The notes under the pieces were generated by a model that did no database searches, was not told where the DNA came from, and saw nothing but the letters and a program-made list of their open reading frames with translations. Of a stretch of DNA of 64,000 nucleotides, positions 37,765-52,594 are shown piece after piece. The position numbers and the translations under genes are program-made. The stretch is taken from NCBI GenBank assembly GCA_016906335.1, contig JADEYG010000002.1, forward strand, positions 930,001 through 994,000, written 5' to 3'. How positions within the stretch are numbered: position 1 is the stretch's first letter; each line of letters begins with the position of its first letter. The stretch is from Novakomyces olei. Its lineage: Eukaryota.

Positions 37765-39999
37765 ATGGACAAATTAGCCGCTGGCAGATCTAGCTCAGTG
37801 CCGCGCGAAGGCACTGATCTCGCAGCCCATCCGTGCTCAACGAGAGTCCGATCGCGCAGTGCCAACAAGGAGCAGCGGCCACGGCTTTTTCATCACGAGT
37901 CGGAAATAATGTACCCGAGCGAAAGCGCACAGTCTTATTTCCAGGAGCAGCAAAGTGCAGCAAACGGGGACGGCAGTGGTGCTGACGGAGAAAGCCGTAC
38001 AGACTCTGGGTCTAGATCGAGTGCATCGTTCGCCGTGGGTTCGAGTCTGGATGACGAACACTCACGTCGAGGCAGGGAGGCTGCCACAGCTGAAGGCGAT
38101 GATGTCTTGAGCATAATTGAGCGACGCGAGAGCCGACTCGATTCGCGTATCGGCGCTACAGCGACACGCGTGTCCACGTCCCTGTCTGAAAAGGACCGGC
38201 AGGCTATATACTCTAGCTACTCAGAGTCTCGCCGCTGGCTATATGTCTCGATTGTATCATACTGCTCTCTGCTCGGCCCGTTTGCTACTACGAGTATTTT
38301 TGCTGCTGTTCCTGAAATCGCAACTACATTCCACACGACTGGCGTAGCCATAAATGCAACCAGTGCAGGGTACTTGGTTATGATGGGTATTGCTGCCATG
38401 TTTTGGGGGCCCGTTAGTCAGGTATGAGCGTGCTCTGTTTAATTTAATTAATTTTTTTGTTTATTTATTTATTTATTTGTTTGTTTTTTTTATTTATTGG
38501 TTATTTGTCTTTACCAAGAGGCTAGTCGGTTGGATTGTTGCGTTGCTTTGTTGTCAAGAGTGGCAATTTGTGTTTACTATTTCCAAATAATGTCTTTTAT
38601 TTCCAAATAATATCTGTTTCCATGTATCATGCTTTGCTGCATTTACTGTTTCTCAATCCCTTTCCCGCCCTGTTATTAGACTGGCAAGGCCCATGCTAAC
38701 AAACAGATCTACGGCCGCTGGCCAGTGTATGCTATAAGCAGCACACTCTATGTAGTGGCCAACCTTGGAGCTGCCTTGACGCCCTCCTTTGGGGGCTGGA
38801 TTGTATGTCGCTACCTTGCAGCCTTTGTGGGGTCCGCCTTTCTCGCTGTTGGTGCAGGCACAATTGGTGATATTTTCCCACCTGTAAGGCGTGGCCGGGC
38901 TATGGGCATTTACCTCTCTGGGACGCAATTAGGACCCGCACTGGCCCCAGTTTTCTCTGGTATTATCGTCCAGTATCGGTCGTGGCGGATCATCATGTGG
39001 CTGCAAATGGCTATGGGCTGTGTGGGAAGCTTGCTGTGTATACTAGTGCTGCGTGAAACAGCACACGTTCGTGGGATCGACTACGTACTGAGTCGGCGCA
39101 AGGAGCGTTGGAGCGATACCCATGGGCCCCAGGAAACTCTGCCTTGGACTCGCCGATTTGTATGGGTATGGTTCAATCCGTTTTCACCGCTTGTGCATTT
39201 CAAGTACCCCGGGATTCTCGCTATTGGCTTTGTCAGCTCTATTCTGCTATGGAATATGTACCAGCTTTTGACGCCTATTCGATACGTAATGAACCCAAGA
39301 TTTCATCTCAACTCTCCCGCCCTGGAGGGGCTTTTTTACTTGGCTCCTGGAATGGGTTATCTAGCAGGCACATTTGTCGGTGGCCACTATGCGGATTACA
39401 CGGTGCGCCTTTGGATTCGTAAACGCGGCTATCGGCGTCCAGAAGATAGGCTACGCAGTGTTTTGCCCTCACTGGGGTTTGTGATCCCCGTGACTGTGCT
39501 TATTTACGGATGGTGTTTACGATACGAGCGTGGTGGCATTGCTGTCCCGGTTATTATGCTTTTCCTGTCGGGAGTAGCACAGGTTTTTTGTTTTATTAGC
39601 TTGAACACTTACTGTGTGGATATTATGCCAAAGCATGCGCCCGAGGTTGTTGCTGGTAACTATTGTCTACGGTATTTTTTAGCAGCAGCAGCGACTGGCT
39701 GTGTTCTTCCCATGATCAACAAGATCGGTGTCGGGTGGACGTGTACCGTTTCCTCCTTTCTAATGTTTTTTTCATTCCTTCTTACACTGGGCAATGTGCT
39801 GTGGGGGGAAAAGATTCGTAAGCGAATTGATCGACGCAAATCCGAAGCGGTAGAGAAATCTGAGGCCCCAGCTGCCGAAGAGCAGCCAGTGCAAGTTGAA
39901 TCCGAGCAACAAAGCCAAGTGCCGATTAATGACAAGGAAAATGAGCAAAATTTTGATGGGAAGGAGCGGTTTATAGGGACAGTGGAAGCACGTTTGTAA
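37765..39999 (+). CDS. MFS drug:H+ antiporter (DHA1; Dtr1/Qdr-like), 2 exons
   Basis: FWGPVSQ|IYGRWP, GAGTIGDIFPPVRRGRAMG, GPALAP, WRIIMW, LRET, PEDRL; intron 38422-38708. Confidence 0.9.
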
Positions 40000-40252
40000 A
40001 GGCGATGTTTGTGCAAGTCGGTAGTTGAAGAGGGGAAGGGCTCTTGGAGAAAATGTATATAGAAAATGAATTGCGCGTCTGCAGATTGTATATAGCTTTC
40101 GAATAGTGAAACCCGTTGATCATCATGCGGCCCGCCGTTGCGGTAGACGTTCATTGCTGACAGCAATCCCTCTGCAGAATACAGTGCAAGGCGGTAAAGC
40201 TGGGCCTAGATTCACTCAATTGTCCTCTATTTTAGACAAGATTCTCCTTTGG

Positions 40253-40308
40253 AACTAACCAACAACCCTAACCCTAACAAACCCTAACAAACCCTAACAA
40301 ACCCTAAA
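40253..40308. repeat. Telomere-like 10-bp tandem array (ACCCTAACAA)n upstream of SKI2
   Basis: AACCCTA-ACCCTAACAA-ACCCTAACAA-ACCCTAACAA-ACCCTAA. Confidence 0.85.
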
Positions 40309-40407
40309 CTTTCACGTTGTAAATAGGGAACAATTGGATAAATTTAGGCTATGATGAAATAGTCAAGACCGTTAATCGACGGCCGTTAGCACTCGTCGCC
40401 GTCGCTA

Positions 40408-43400
40408 ATGGTGGACAGTAATGGCGCACTCGACGTGCGGCCAGTAAAGGGCGCTGGCACAGATCTGCGTGAGCAGATTATTAAAGACTACCTCACTCCT
40501 CCGTACGCGCTTGGCAGTGACTGGCTGGACAGGTTCCAAGTGTATGTTGATGCCCTGACAGATTATTTGTTCAATCTAATTTATTGCTGCAATTCCTCCT
40601 TCTTTGCTCAGTTTACTAAACTCAAGGCAATGGGACGCGCCTCTGGATGTGTGCCGGGAAATGACGGTCCCACCGACAAAATCAACGTCCACGATAAAGT
40701 TTATACGCCATGGCTTGTATGGGAATATTGTAGGCTACGAGCACACAGTACGAGGCAGTTATACAAAAGGCGATGGGCGTTCTTCAATGGCGCTTGATCG
40801 TGCACCGGATTCCAGGCCTGATTTTGTGCGTGGTCGAGTAGGGAATCTGCCGTTTCAGCCTGGAGGAATTGATGATACTCCCGTCAACGCTCCTTTGCCC
40901 GATGCCCTGCTCGGCCTCGATGAGCAAGGGCTGTATACCGTACCGCCAGGGCTCTCACGTGGCCTCCGCCGTGTCTTTGAGAGAGATTTGGGGAAGGAAG
41001 AGGCGAACGATACGGACGAATCACGGTGGCAGAGTCTGCCTGTGCCGGAGAGAAGGATAAGGCATGAGACCCGGTACGATACTGCCCAAATTGCGGCCAC
41101 ATCAAAGGCGCAGGCGCACGCTAAAGACGAAATTATTGATGCCCTTTTGCCCACTGAGGATTCGCCGTTAAAAATACCTCCTCACTTGAAAAAAGCCGAT
41201 CCAGCTGGTGGCCGGTTTGGCCGGGAGTGGGCACACGTTGTGGACGTTAATCAGGATATGGAAAACTTTGCCGAACTCGTACCCGACATGGCAAAGGAGT
41301 ACAGTTTCACGCTGGACAATTTTCAAAAAGAGGCAATTTACCACCTTGAACAGGGAGATTCTGTTTTTGTAGCCGCTCATACTTCGGCTGGAAAGACGGT
41401 CGTAGCAGAGTACGCAATTGCTCTGGCAAATAAACATTTAACACGGGCCATTTACACTTCGCCGATAAAGGCCTTGAGTAACCAAAAATTTCGAGATTTT
41501 CGTGATACGTTTGGGTCAGACGTGGGTATTCTTACGGGCGACGTGCAAATAAACCCGGAAGCCAGCTGTCTTGTCATGACAACCGAGATTCTTCGTTCTA
41601 TGCTGTATCGGGGTGCCGACCTGATTCGCGATGTTGAATTTGTTATTTTTGACGAAGTGCATTACGTGAACGATCTAGAGGTATTTGCTTATTCCACTAT
41701 TTGCTCACTAATCTTTTTTTTTTAGCGTGGAGTGGTATGGGAGGAAGTTATAATTATGCTGCCAGAGCACGTGACGCTTATACTCTTGTCCGCGACCGTA
41801 CCCAATACAAAAGAGTTTGCTGGCTGGGTTGGCCGTACAAAGGAAAAAGATATCTACGTCATTTCCACGCCTAAACGGCCAGTGCCACTGGAGCATTATC
41901 TGTGGGCTGGACGGGGCCTTTATAAGATTGTGGATAGCGAACGGCGGTTCCTTTCACAGGGCTGGAAGGACGCGAAGGACGCATTACAGCCGCAAAAATC
42001 TTCATCGGCAAATGGAACTGCTTCTGCAGGCTCACCAGCTGCTGCCGCTGCATTAGCTGCTAAAGGTGGATCTCGAGGAGGCCGAGGAGCTGCTAATGCT
42101 TCTTCCAGAGGTTCAACCGCCAAACGTGGATCTTCGCATGCTTTTAGAGGAGGCAGCGCCTCCTCTTCTCTGCGTACTTCTACGGAAAGGAAAGATGTTA
42201 ATGTATGGTCTCATGTAGTAGGCCATTTGCAGCAAAAAGACCTTTTGCCTGCGGTCGCCTTTGTCTTTAGTAAACGCCGATGCGACGATAACGCGGATGC
42301 CTTGGCTGCGTCTCGAGATCTTTGCGCAAAAGCCGAAAAGAACGAAGTTCATATTGTGGTTGAGAGATCAATTGCAAGGTTAAGCGTGCAAGATCGTACT
42401 CTCCCACAGATTGTACGCGTCCGTGGTTTGCTTTTACGAGGCATTGCTGTTCACCATGGAGGCCTCTTGCCCATAGTTAAAGAAATGGTAGAATTACTGT
42501 TCGCTCGTGGTCTTGTCAAAGTGCTCTTTGCCACAGAGACTTTTGCAATGGGAGTGAATATGCCGGCTCGTACTGTCGTGTTTTCCGGAGTGCGTAAACA
42601 CGATGGCCGCAGTTTCCGTGATTTACTAGCAGGCGAATACACACAAATGGCAGGTCGTGCTGGGCGACGTGGCCTTGATCGCACTGGAACCGTGATTATT
42701 GTGGGGTCGGGATCGAGTGGAGCCGATCTGCCAGAGGCTGCGGCTCTGCATCAAATGATTCTCGGCCCACCGACAAAGTTGCGCAGTCAGTTTAGGTTGA
42801 CTTACAATATGATTCTGAGTTTGCTCAGGGTCGAGAGTCTGCGGATTGAGGATATGATCAAACGCAGTTTTAGTGAGAATACAGCTCAGCGTCTAGTTCC
42901 GCGTCACCAGGCGGAGATTGAACAGATTGAGCAGCAATTGAAACTGCTGGGCATTTCTGAATCAACAGACCAGGAACAAGAGGAGATGGTTTCGGATCTT
43001 TTACGGTTACAGAGTCAGGCTGGGGAAGAGCTGCAACGGACGTTAAACGCCTACGAGGAATGGCGTGAATTAACACTCGCTCTTTACGTTGGAGTGCGTA
43101 GCACACTTTACGCCCGTAAAGTTTACTGTCCGGGCCGGCTGATTATAGCAAAACAGAGGGTAAGGAAAATACAGGTCTTTATACTTTAAAACCAATAAAA
43201 TTGCTGCAATGAATATGGTTCGAAAAGGAGTGGGAAAAGAGGATAAAATGGAAAAATGGAAAAATGGAAAAATGGAAAAATGGAAAAATGGAAAAATGGA
43301 AAAATGAGAAAAAATATCACCAAAAGAGTATAGATGAGAAAATGATACGGACAAGAAAAGAATAAATGTAGAAAGCCAAGAGAAAACATGTAAGAAAAAC

Positions 43401-44760
43401 AGTGTTAAATGATAGAGCAGCAACATCATGATCTTTATCACCTTGTATAATATCTTGACTAATTATTAGGGACAAAGACGCAAGATCGGGGTCGTGATAG
43501 GCATGCTGGGCTCAGCAGTAGAGCCAGCATTATCTGTAGTACTTTGTGAGCCGGAGGCAGGAGAAAGTGCCCAGAGGCCGGAGGACAGCATCCCCCTGGT
43601 TGGCGGGTGGCAGCAGTGTATAAAATCCCAAGACCTTATTAATGGGACGGCGTTGCAGCTACAGGTCTTGCCTCTTGGCGAGTGCGAATTGGTCCTGCAA
43701 AGCGTTGCTCCCAAATCGGCTTGTCGGCCCGAAGCTTTACGAGATCGTCAGGCATCTGCTTACGAGGCTCTTTCCACCTATTTGCAATCGTCAGCCACTA
43801 AATCCAGCCAAGACTGGGAGGAGTATGACTGGACAGAGCAAGTACGCGAGTTTGAATTGAACGAATTGGCCCAAAGACGGCAACAGATCTGCCGAAAAGA
43901 ACTTGTAGTGCCGGCGCAAGTAATGGAAATGCTTCCTAGCCTGACGGAAGATGCAGTTGGCACCTATGTGCTACGTGCGCATGAGCGATACGAGCTTACA
44001 CAAAGCGCGGCAAGGCTGAGACGTATGCTTGGCAATGACAATTTGGAGCTTTTGCCAGAGTACGAGCGTCGACTAGCAGTATTGCGTGACATGGGGTTTG
44101 TAGATGCAAATGCAGTATTGCTGAAGGGCAGAGTGGCCTGTGAAATCCAGTCTGCGCATGAACTGATCTTGACAGAGCTTATTTTGGAGAATACACTGGC
44201 CGAATTTGAGCCGGAAGAGATTGTAGCTCTGCTTTCGTCTTTTGTGTTTGACGAGAAATCTGAGCAGCAGCCAGTGCTGACTCCGCATTTGGAGCGGGTA
44301 CGGGGGTCCAATCGTTTATTTATACCATTTATATTACAACAGCCACACCAATTTTATTATTTTTTCTATTGGGCTACAGTATTTTCTCTATTGGGCTATA
44401 GTGCTAACTTTTCAGGGCAAAGAGATGATTGAGCAGGTGGCCACAAGAGTCCGAATTGTTCAAGAAACGTACGGTGTTCTTACAGTGGGGGATGAAGGCG
44501 GTGAAGAACGCCGGCCACGATTTGAGCTTATGCAGGTTGCTTACGAGTGGGCCCGGGGCACTGCTTTCAAGCATATTGTAGGCCTCACTGATGTTCCCGA
44601 GGGCAGCATTGTACGTGCTATAGTGCGGCTGGACGAGGTTTTACGAGAGTGCAGGAGTGCTGCTCGGACAATCGGCGACGCGAGAACAGCGGCAGTACTG
44701 GATCAGTGCCGAGAGCAGATTCGCCGTGATGTAGTATGGGCGCCCTCGCTGTATATGTGA
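40408..44760 (+). CDS. SKI2: Ski2 DExH RNA helicase, multi-exon
   Basis: [58 protein letters not shown]. Confidence 0.97.
43245..43306. repeat. (AAAATGGA)n 8-bp repeat in a SKI2 intron
   Basis: About 7-8 units inside intron 43160-43469. Confidence 0.9.
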
Positions 44761-45990
44761 TGGCTGAACGGAGAAAGAGCTAAAATCGACGTCACGGAAT
44801 TGAGCAGTCTCTAGCAAAAGAAAATGTATAAAAGGCGCATAAAATTGGTTCAAGCACATTTTTGGTAGTGTGCTATGGACGATATAAACAATTGCACGAA
44901 TCTACAGGATTCTTTAGGTACGTGTACAGTATGCAAACTACATGCAAACTACAATCCCATTGCTCTGCGACTAATTCCACTAAAAGACGGCCAGCTTTTT
45001 GGGTACACGCCGATAACACGATCAGTTACTTACTTGTTCAGCCATATGATTACATATACTAAATGGCAAGTAACATGGCATGTACTTGTATTTATTTACA
45101 CGCAATCGCGAAACATAAAATTGCTATAATTCAGAGCCCCAATTTCTTGCGCGTTGCACTATATAACCAGCGTCGCAGCGGACGCCATGGCAGCCACGCT
45201 CCACGCTTTCCACCTGTCAGCACCGAAAATTTATCTAGACAAACACGAAAAGTCTCAGGTGACAGAAAAGTATTTGCCCCGGGCCGCCAATAAGACGAGG
45301 GCAATTCATAATACCGAGTCGTGCACGCAACCCGTACCTCGGGAAATGTATATATTAATTTCTTTTTGCTCGACGCAGCACCAAAATATTGTATTGCCGT
45401 ACAGCTGCATATCAACTAGAATAAAATAATAAATAATTTAATGCCAACTAGAATGACATAATAAATCAATAGTAGACTACACGCAGATCCCCTTGTTTGC
45501 CCGGTCGAATTGTCCGCTAAGCGAGCTGTATACGGAAATTGCCCTTCCAAGAAGGCAAAGCCGAGCCGAAATGGGCGTAAATGCCAATTGAGGCATGTGC
45601 CTGTTCGCTGCACGTCGTCTACGTAATATTGCGGGCAGTACTGCTTTAGAGTTATGTCGCTTAGACTGCTGGCTCGTGCGTTGTTTAGATAAAAAGGAAC
45701 GCTTGCTCGCTGATCGCCGCGGCCTGCGTCACTTTTCAACATTTTCACATTGGCCAAAAGTACGGTTTTTGACGAGTCAAGTCTTGAAAAGTTTACTTTT
45801 CAAGACTTACTTGCAAGCTTTTAAGGCCATTGCCTCCTTTGTCTGCTGTCTCCAAGTGTGAGTCTTGGCGAGTCGCTTGAGGACGTTTTTGATAGTGACC
45901 CGAGCTCTGACAGATAAACAAACCCTACTTGCCGTCCCGCCGCGTCGTCTGAGAGAAATTGGCTCGACGAGGTTTGTGGATTTGTTCCAA

Positions 45991-48759
45991 ATGCCTTCTG
46001 ATTCTGGATCGTCGACGTCGAACTCGACGTCGGTGCAGCAGTTTCTTACTGTGCTCGTTGTCAATGGCGCAATTTTTATCGTCTTTGTCACCGCCTTCCT
46101 GATCTTGCGCAAACGGTACCGCCGCATATACGAACCTCGCACGTTTCTGCCTTCTGTGCCCGACTCGTAAGTCTACTTGAAACAGGCTTTTTTGTCTCTT
46201 TACTTTTCTGCCTATTTTTCTGCCTACTTCTCTGCCCACTTCTCTGCCTTACTTTCTCTTTACTTTCTCTTCACTTTCTCTTTACTTTTTGTCTTTACTT
46301 GCTCTCTGCCTTGTCTATTCTTTCTACCTTGAATGCTAACATTCAGTCTTCGAGTAGAGACATTACCGAAGGGTGGGGCTTGGATTCCCAAACTGCTGCG
46401 TCTGCCAGACGCGTACATTCTAAACCATTCCGGGCTGGACTCCTACTTTTACCTGCGCTATGTGCGGCTCTTGGCCATAATAATGTTTATCGGCTGCTGC
46501 ATCACTTGGCCCGTCCTGTTCCCCGTCAATGCCACTGGCAGGGGTGGTCAGAGCGGACTGGACATCATTGCCTTTGCCAACGTGGACAGTGATCGCTACA
46601 AGGCCCGCTACTATGCGCATGTCTTCATCTCTTGGATTTTTGTAGCGTTCCTGTGCTACATGGTGCAGAGCGAAATTCGGTACTTTATCACTCTGCGACA
46701 GCACGTGCTCAACAACTATTCGAGCTCAGAGCAGAGCCGGACGCTCCTTGTTACCAGCGTTCCTGCTGCTTATAGGGACGAGGCCTCAATCGCTCGTATC
46801 TATGGGTCGAGCGTTGTCAAGGTAACGCTTGCCCGTGATTATGGAAAGCTGCAAAAGGCAGTGGCAGAGCAGGCAAAAGTGGCCGCTCAGCTGGAGGTTG
46901 CGGAGACTAAACTCATCCGTCTCGCTCTCACCAACAATGCCAAAAACAAGTTGGTCACTCCCAGTGCGAGTGACGATGACTCTCAAGTCCGTCTTGTTGA
47001 CCGTTTTGTTGCACGGAAAAAGAGGCCTACTCATCGCCTGAAGCCCATTATTGGCAAGAAAGTTGATACGATCGATTGGTGCCGTGACAGATTGGCGGAG
47101 CTCAACACTGAAATTCGGGATAGCCGTACCTGTGAGGCTGATCATAAACCGCTCAATTCTGCTTTTATCCTGTTTCGATCACGAAATGATGCACAGTACG
47201 CACTGCGCTGCCCGGCTTTCCATGAGCCGCTCATGATGACTCCGCGTTACACGTACGTGAAGCCCGATGATATTATATGGGAGAATCTGCGCTTTTTCTG
47301 GTGGGAGAGGATCTTGCGTAATGTTGCCACACTTGCGCTGGTGACAGCTCTCATTATTTTCTGGGCCATTCCTGTTGCCTTTGTCGGTTTTGTATCAAAC
47401 TTGAACTATATCACGCAGGAACTGCCGTGGCTTAATTTTATATACAATTTACCTGACCAGCTTTTGGGTTTGATCACGGCTCTTTTGCCCACAGTTTTAC
47501 TGGCTGTGCTTATGGCACTCTTGCCGATAATCCTTCGGCTGCTGGCAAAGTATGGCGGAGCAATGACCAACTCGGCGGTTGAGCTGCAAGTACAGAAATC
47601 ATACTTTGTCTTTCAGGTCGTACACTCTTTCCTGCTCGTGACTATCTCGTCCAGTGCAATCTCCGTCATCCAACCGATCATAGAGAGACCCGCCTCGGCC
47701 ACGACTCTGTTGGCCAGCAACTTGCCCAAGGCTTCCAACTTTTTCATCTCCTACATTATCCTGCAGGGCCTGACCGTCGCTGGAGGCGTTATCCTGCAGA
47801 TTGTTGGGCTCATCCTGTTTCAGATTATGAGCAAGTTCCTGGATAACACTCCCCGCAAAATGTTTAACCGCTGGATGACCCTGTCCGGTATTGGCTGGGG
47901 CACTTTGTTCCCCGGTATCTCTGTCCTGGCTATTATTGCTCTGGCTTACGCCATAATTGCTCCGCTTATTATGGGCTTTGCCTGTGTGGCCTTTGGCCTC
48001 CTTTACTTTGCCTTTCTCTACAATTTCCTCTACGTTTACTACCCCACAATCGACACAACGGGTCTCGTCTACCCAACTGCCATTAAGCAGCTCATGTGCG
48101 GAGTCTACCTGATGGAAGTCTGCCTGTTGGGTCTCTTTGGCACTGCTGCCGCTGCCCCTCATATCGTTCTGACAGTCGTGCTGATTATCGCTACTGTCGG
48201 CTTCCACCTGTGCCTCAATTTTGCCACTGATCCGCTGATCGAGTGTCTGCCGCCGAGTACGCTTATCGACCACAAGTCAGCCGACAATTTTACTCTGCGC
48301 AGCGACGAAGAAGGTGAAGGTTCACCACCAGGCCGTAAGCCAGTTTCGGCCTTATCGCCGGCCACTACTCCGGCTCGGAGTACGGCAGTAGAGACCAGCA
48401 GTCTGCGGGAGAAAGGTGACGAGGAAGCGTCCCTGCGCTCTCAGACTCGGCGCCACGACCGCCAATCATCGTGCGTATCGCAGCCTCCAGCAGAGGGTCC
48501 TACAGCCTTCTTCTTGCACCCGGCTATGACGTCACCGGAACCGGTTATCTGGATTCCTCATGATCCCCTGGGACTGAGCAAACAAGAGATTGAGGATACG
48601 CACAAGATCAGCGGTAGCGCAGTGGCAACTTCAGTTCCCGCTGAGCAAGAGTACCCGATCCTCATCTCTGACGACGGGGCTGCTGTTGAAGTAAAGGGTA
48701 AAAAGACTATTGTCTCTTACACCGCCAGCCCACCCGATAACAAGGAGTTTGATCTTTAA
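45991..48759 (+). CDS. OSCA/TMEM63 (CSC1/RSN1/PHM7-like) calcium-permeable channel, 2 exons
   Basis: RIYEPRT, GLDSYFYLRY, LFPVNATG, PDDIIWENL, FWAIPVAFVG, LPKASNFF, IWIPHDPLG. Confidence 0.93.
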
Positions 48760-49654
48760 ACGCATTTGTACATACTGTATGTTGAGGCTCTATTGAGCAA
48801 TGCTATGCTGTACTATTTTATTTAGTTTTTTTTCTTGTATCTTTTGTATCTTTTGATTGTTTTTTTTTTTATTTTGGTCATTGTTTTGTGGTCAGATATG
48901 CTTTTGCTGAACATTGCACTTGTTTATTGCAAGCATTGACGCTTTCCATGTATCCCTTTCCTTGTATCCATAGTCGGTATCAAGCACGCCGGCATGTTTG
49001 CGTGTCCACGTGCTGCATAGCGTGTAATATACATTGTTTCATATTATTGATTTATATTGTTGTTTTATGTTGTTTCACAATAATGTTTTATTTTATTCCC
49101 GAGATGTAAAGGGTTATGCGGCACTGGTATCGTTCTGAAACGTGTCCTGGCGTGTTGCTAATGCCATTGGTTCAAATGCATTGCACGTAAAAGACTGAAT
49201 CCATATGAATCGAAATTAGAACGTTTAGTCCAATTCATTTTTTATTGTATAGCAGCTGTGCCGACCTTTGTGCCGTGTTTAAAGTTCACAATGAACAGCT
49301 CGGCCGGGATGACAACTAATATTGAATGATGAACTGGTGTACTGACAAGAAAATATACTGGCAAATAGTAATGAGCACGGTGCGTTTGCCTATTGCAGTT
49401 TATTACGAATCTGTCGTACGTGCAACCCGAATCTATTTAAATGTCTAATTATTTAAATGTCCACCATCTGAATAAGCCTAAATAATAGCATAGAGTATAA
49501 ATCTAATACAACCACGACCCACGATATAATGTAGCTGACCAGCCAAATATTATTATACCAGAATATATTCACGTCAGATCCAAATGATTGCAGTCGATCA
49601 ATCTGTACAGTTATCTAATCTGCACAGCTGTACAACACTCGAGCCGCACAATTA

Positions 49655-49735
49655 TAAAGTTGTACATATAGAGTTGAACATTAAAGTTGTACAAAGTTGT
49701 ACATATAAAGTTGAACATTTAAAGTTATATATACC
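49655..49735. repeat. Degenerate AAAGTTG(T/A)ACA repeat cluster upstream of the SDR gene
   Basis: About 6 copies at 11-14 bp spacing. Confidence 0.65.
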
Positions 49736-49922
49736 TTGAGGACAATCTCAAATGTAAAAGGATTATCTCAAATGTACACCTTAAAGTTACACATCAGTTG
49801 TACGTGTAACTTGTCAACTCCAAGTTATTACCCCATAAAATGACCAAACTTGGCAAACAAATCAAATTAGCGAGCATTGATTAATTCAAAAGATAGCAGC
49901 GAGCAAACCAAAGACGGCAGTC

Positions 49923-51291
<1,369 letters not shown>

Positions 51292-51332
51292 TTGTTGCGT
51301 TGTTATCCCCTTTACTATTGTTATGTACTTTT

Positions 51333-51467
51333 CTCTCAGATATATCGTACTCTGCTCTCAGAATTATCGTATTCTGCTCTCAGAAATATCGTACTCTGCT
51401 CTCAGAAATATCGTATTCTGCTCTCAGAAATTCGTACGCTGCTCTCAGAAATATCGTACTCTGCTCT
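51333..51467. repeat. 22-bp minisatellite CTCTCAGAAATATCGTAYTCTG x6
   Basis: Six head-to-tail units (one is 21 bp) between the convergent SDR and swi3 genes. Confidence 0.92.
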
Positions 51468-51692
51468 TCAGCTAGATATAACCACAGCCAAACACGCAGT
51501 CTCTATTGCCAAACAGTAGACAATTACGCGTTCCTTTTGCACGTTTCATAGGCACAAACAATCTTTATAGGCATAAAAAAATCTGTCAGTGTATGCGCCT
51601 GTCTGTGAATGCAAGGCATTTATCTACAAACAGGCTTGCTCGGCAACAGCGGTCGAGTACGGTGCAGCAGTATACCAATATGTACTGTGCAA

Positions 51693-52445
51693 TTACCACG
51701 GAATATCGTTCATTGCCGCCATTGCCGCCATTTCGTCTTCGTACAAGAGACTGTCCTCATCGCCCTCGTGAAAGAGACGGTTGTTCTGAGCCGACTCCTT
51801 TCCGTTTCCTTTTCCATTCTGACCGAGTCCCGTTTCTCGCTCGGCCGCTTGATCAAAGTACTGCCCTTCTTCTCCGTTCAAGTCTTGGCCGTAATTAGTT
51901 TGCGTTTCAGACTCGTCCTCGCTCATATCCTCTCGGCCAGACTGCTCTCCTGCCAGAGCATTAGGGTACCTGGCAGCGTCTATCCAGGCGCGTCTCGCCG
52001 TCCGTACAGGCCGCGTATGCCCTACTTTTGCCACTATATCCAGTACATCCACGAATCGCGCTTTAGGGAAAAGATCATGAGCCCACAGCTGGTAGTGTTC
52101 GAGGATCAGAGTAAGCGACTGTAATTCGTTACCTTTTCCCTGCAATTGTTTCTGCAATTGCTGCTGCAATTCCGGTGCCTTTTGCCGTAGTCGCGACAGT
52201 CCCGTCTCCGTATTAAGCAGCCGCTCGTCGTCCAGCCGAGCGCGTTTGCGCGCGTGCCGTACTTGTACTTCGTGTTCGAGATCGATAACGGCACTGTCCC
52301 CTTCTTCGCCTCTTTCATCTACAAACGCGTCTCCTTCTCGCGCACCAACTGGATCTGAGTCAGTAGGAGGCTGCTCTTTTATAGGCTGTGATGAACGCCG
52401 ATTGGCGATCTGCACTCGATCGTCTTGCGCATCAAACAGATCCAT
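51693..52445 (-). CDS. swi3: Replication fork protection subunit Swi3/Csm3/Tipin
   Basis: RARLDDERLL...GL, KGNE..L...YQLWAHDLFPKARF.D....KVGH. Confidence 0.92.
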   Translation of the reverse strand: MDLFDAQDDRVQIANRRSSQPIKEQPPTDSDPVGAREGDAFVDERGEEGDSAVIDLEHEVQVRHARKRARLDDERLLNTETGLSRLRQKAPELQQQLQKQLQGKGNELQSLTLILEHYQLWAHDLFPKARFVDVLDIVAKVGHTRPVRTARRAWIDAARYPNALAGEQSGREDMSEDESETQTNYGQDLNGEEGQYFDQAAERETGLGQNGKGNGKESAQNNRLFHEGDEDSLLYEDEMAAMAAMNDIPW

Positions 52446-52459
52446 CGTGTCCGCTCTGG

Positions 52460-52476
52460 ACGCGTCGCGTCGCGTC
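52460..52476. promoter_or_regulatory. MCB-like cluster ACGCGTCGCGTCGCGTC upstream of swi3
   Basis: ACGCGT plus two further CGCGT cores 15-31 bp before the ATG. Confidence 0.65.
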
Positions 52477-52594
52477 TCGTAATAGTATAAATATGATTGT
52501 AATTAGACACACGGGACCCGTCTGTATTAATAATAATTCTGGATTACTTGGTCAGACGGTTGTCTACTGCAATGTACATTTATATTTGCAAAAC

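Noticed and set aside
47599-48273. Long antisense ORFs (also 54790-55434, 17573-18079, 51609-52124 and others)
   Set aside because: Shadows of real genes on the opposite strand with no recognisable domains.
51333-51467. CRISPR-like array
   Set aside because: Head-to-tail units without unique spacers, eukaryotic context, no cas genes.
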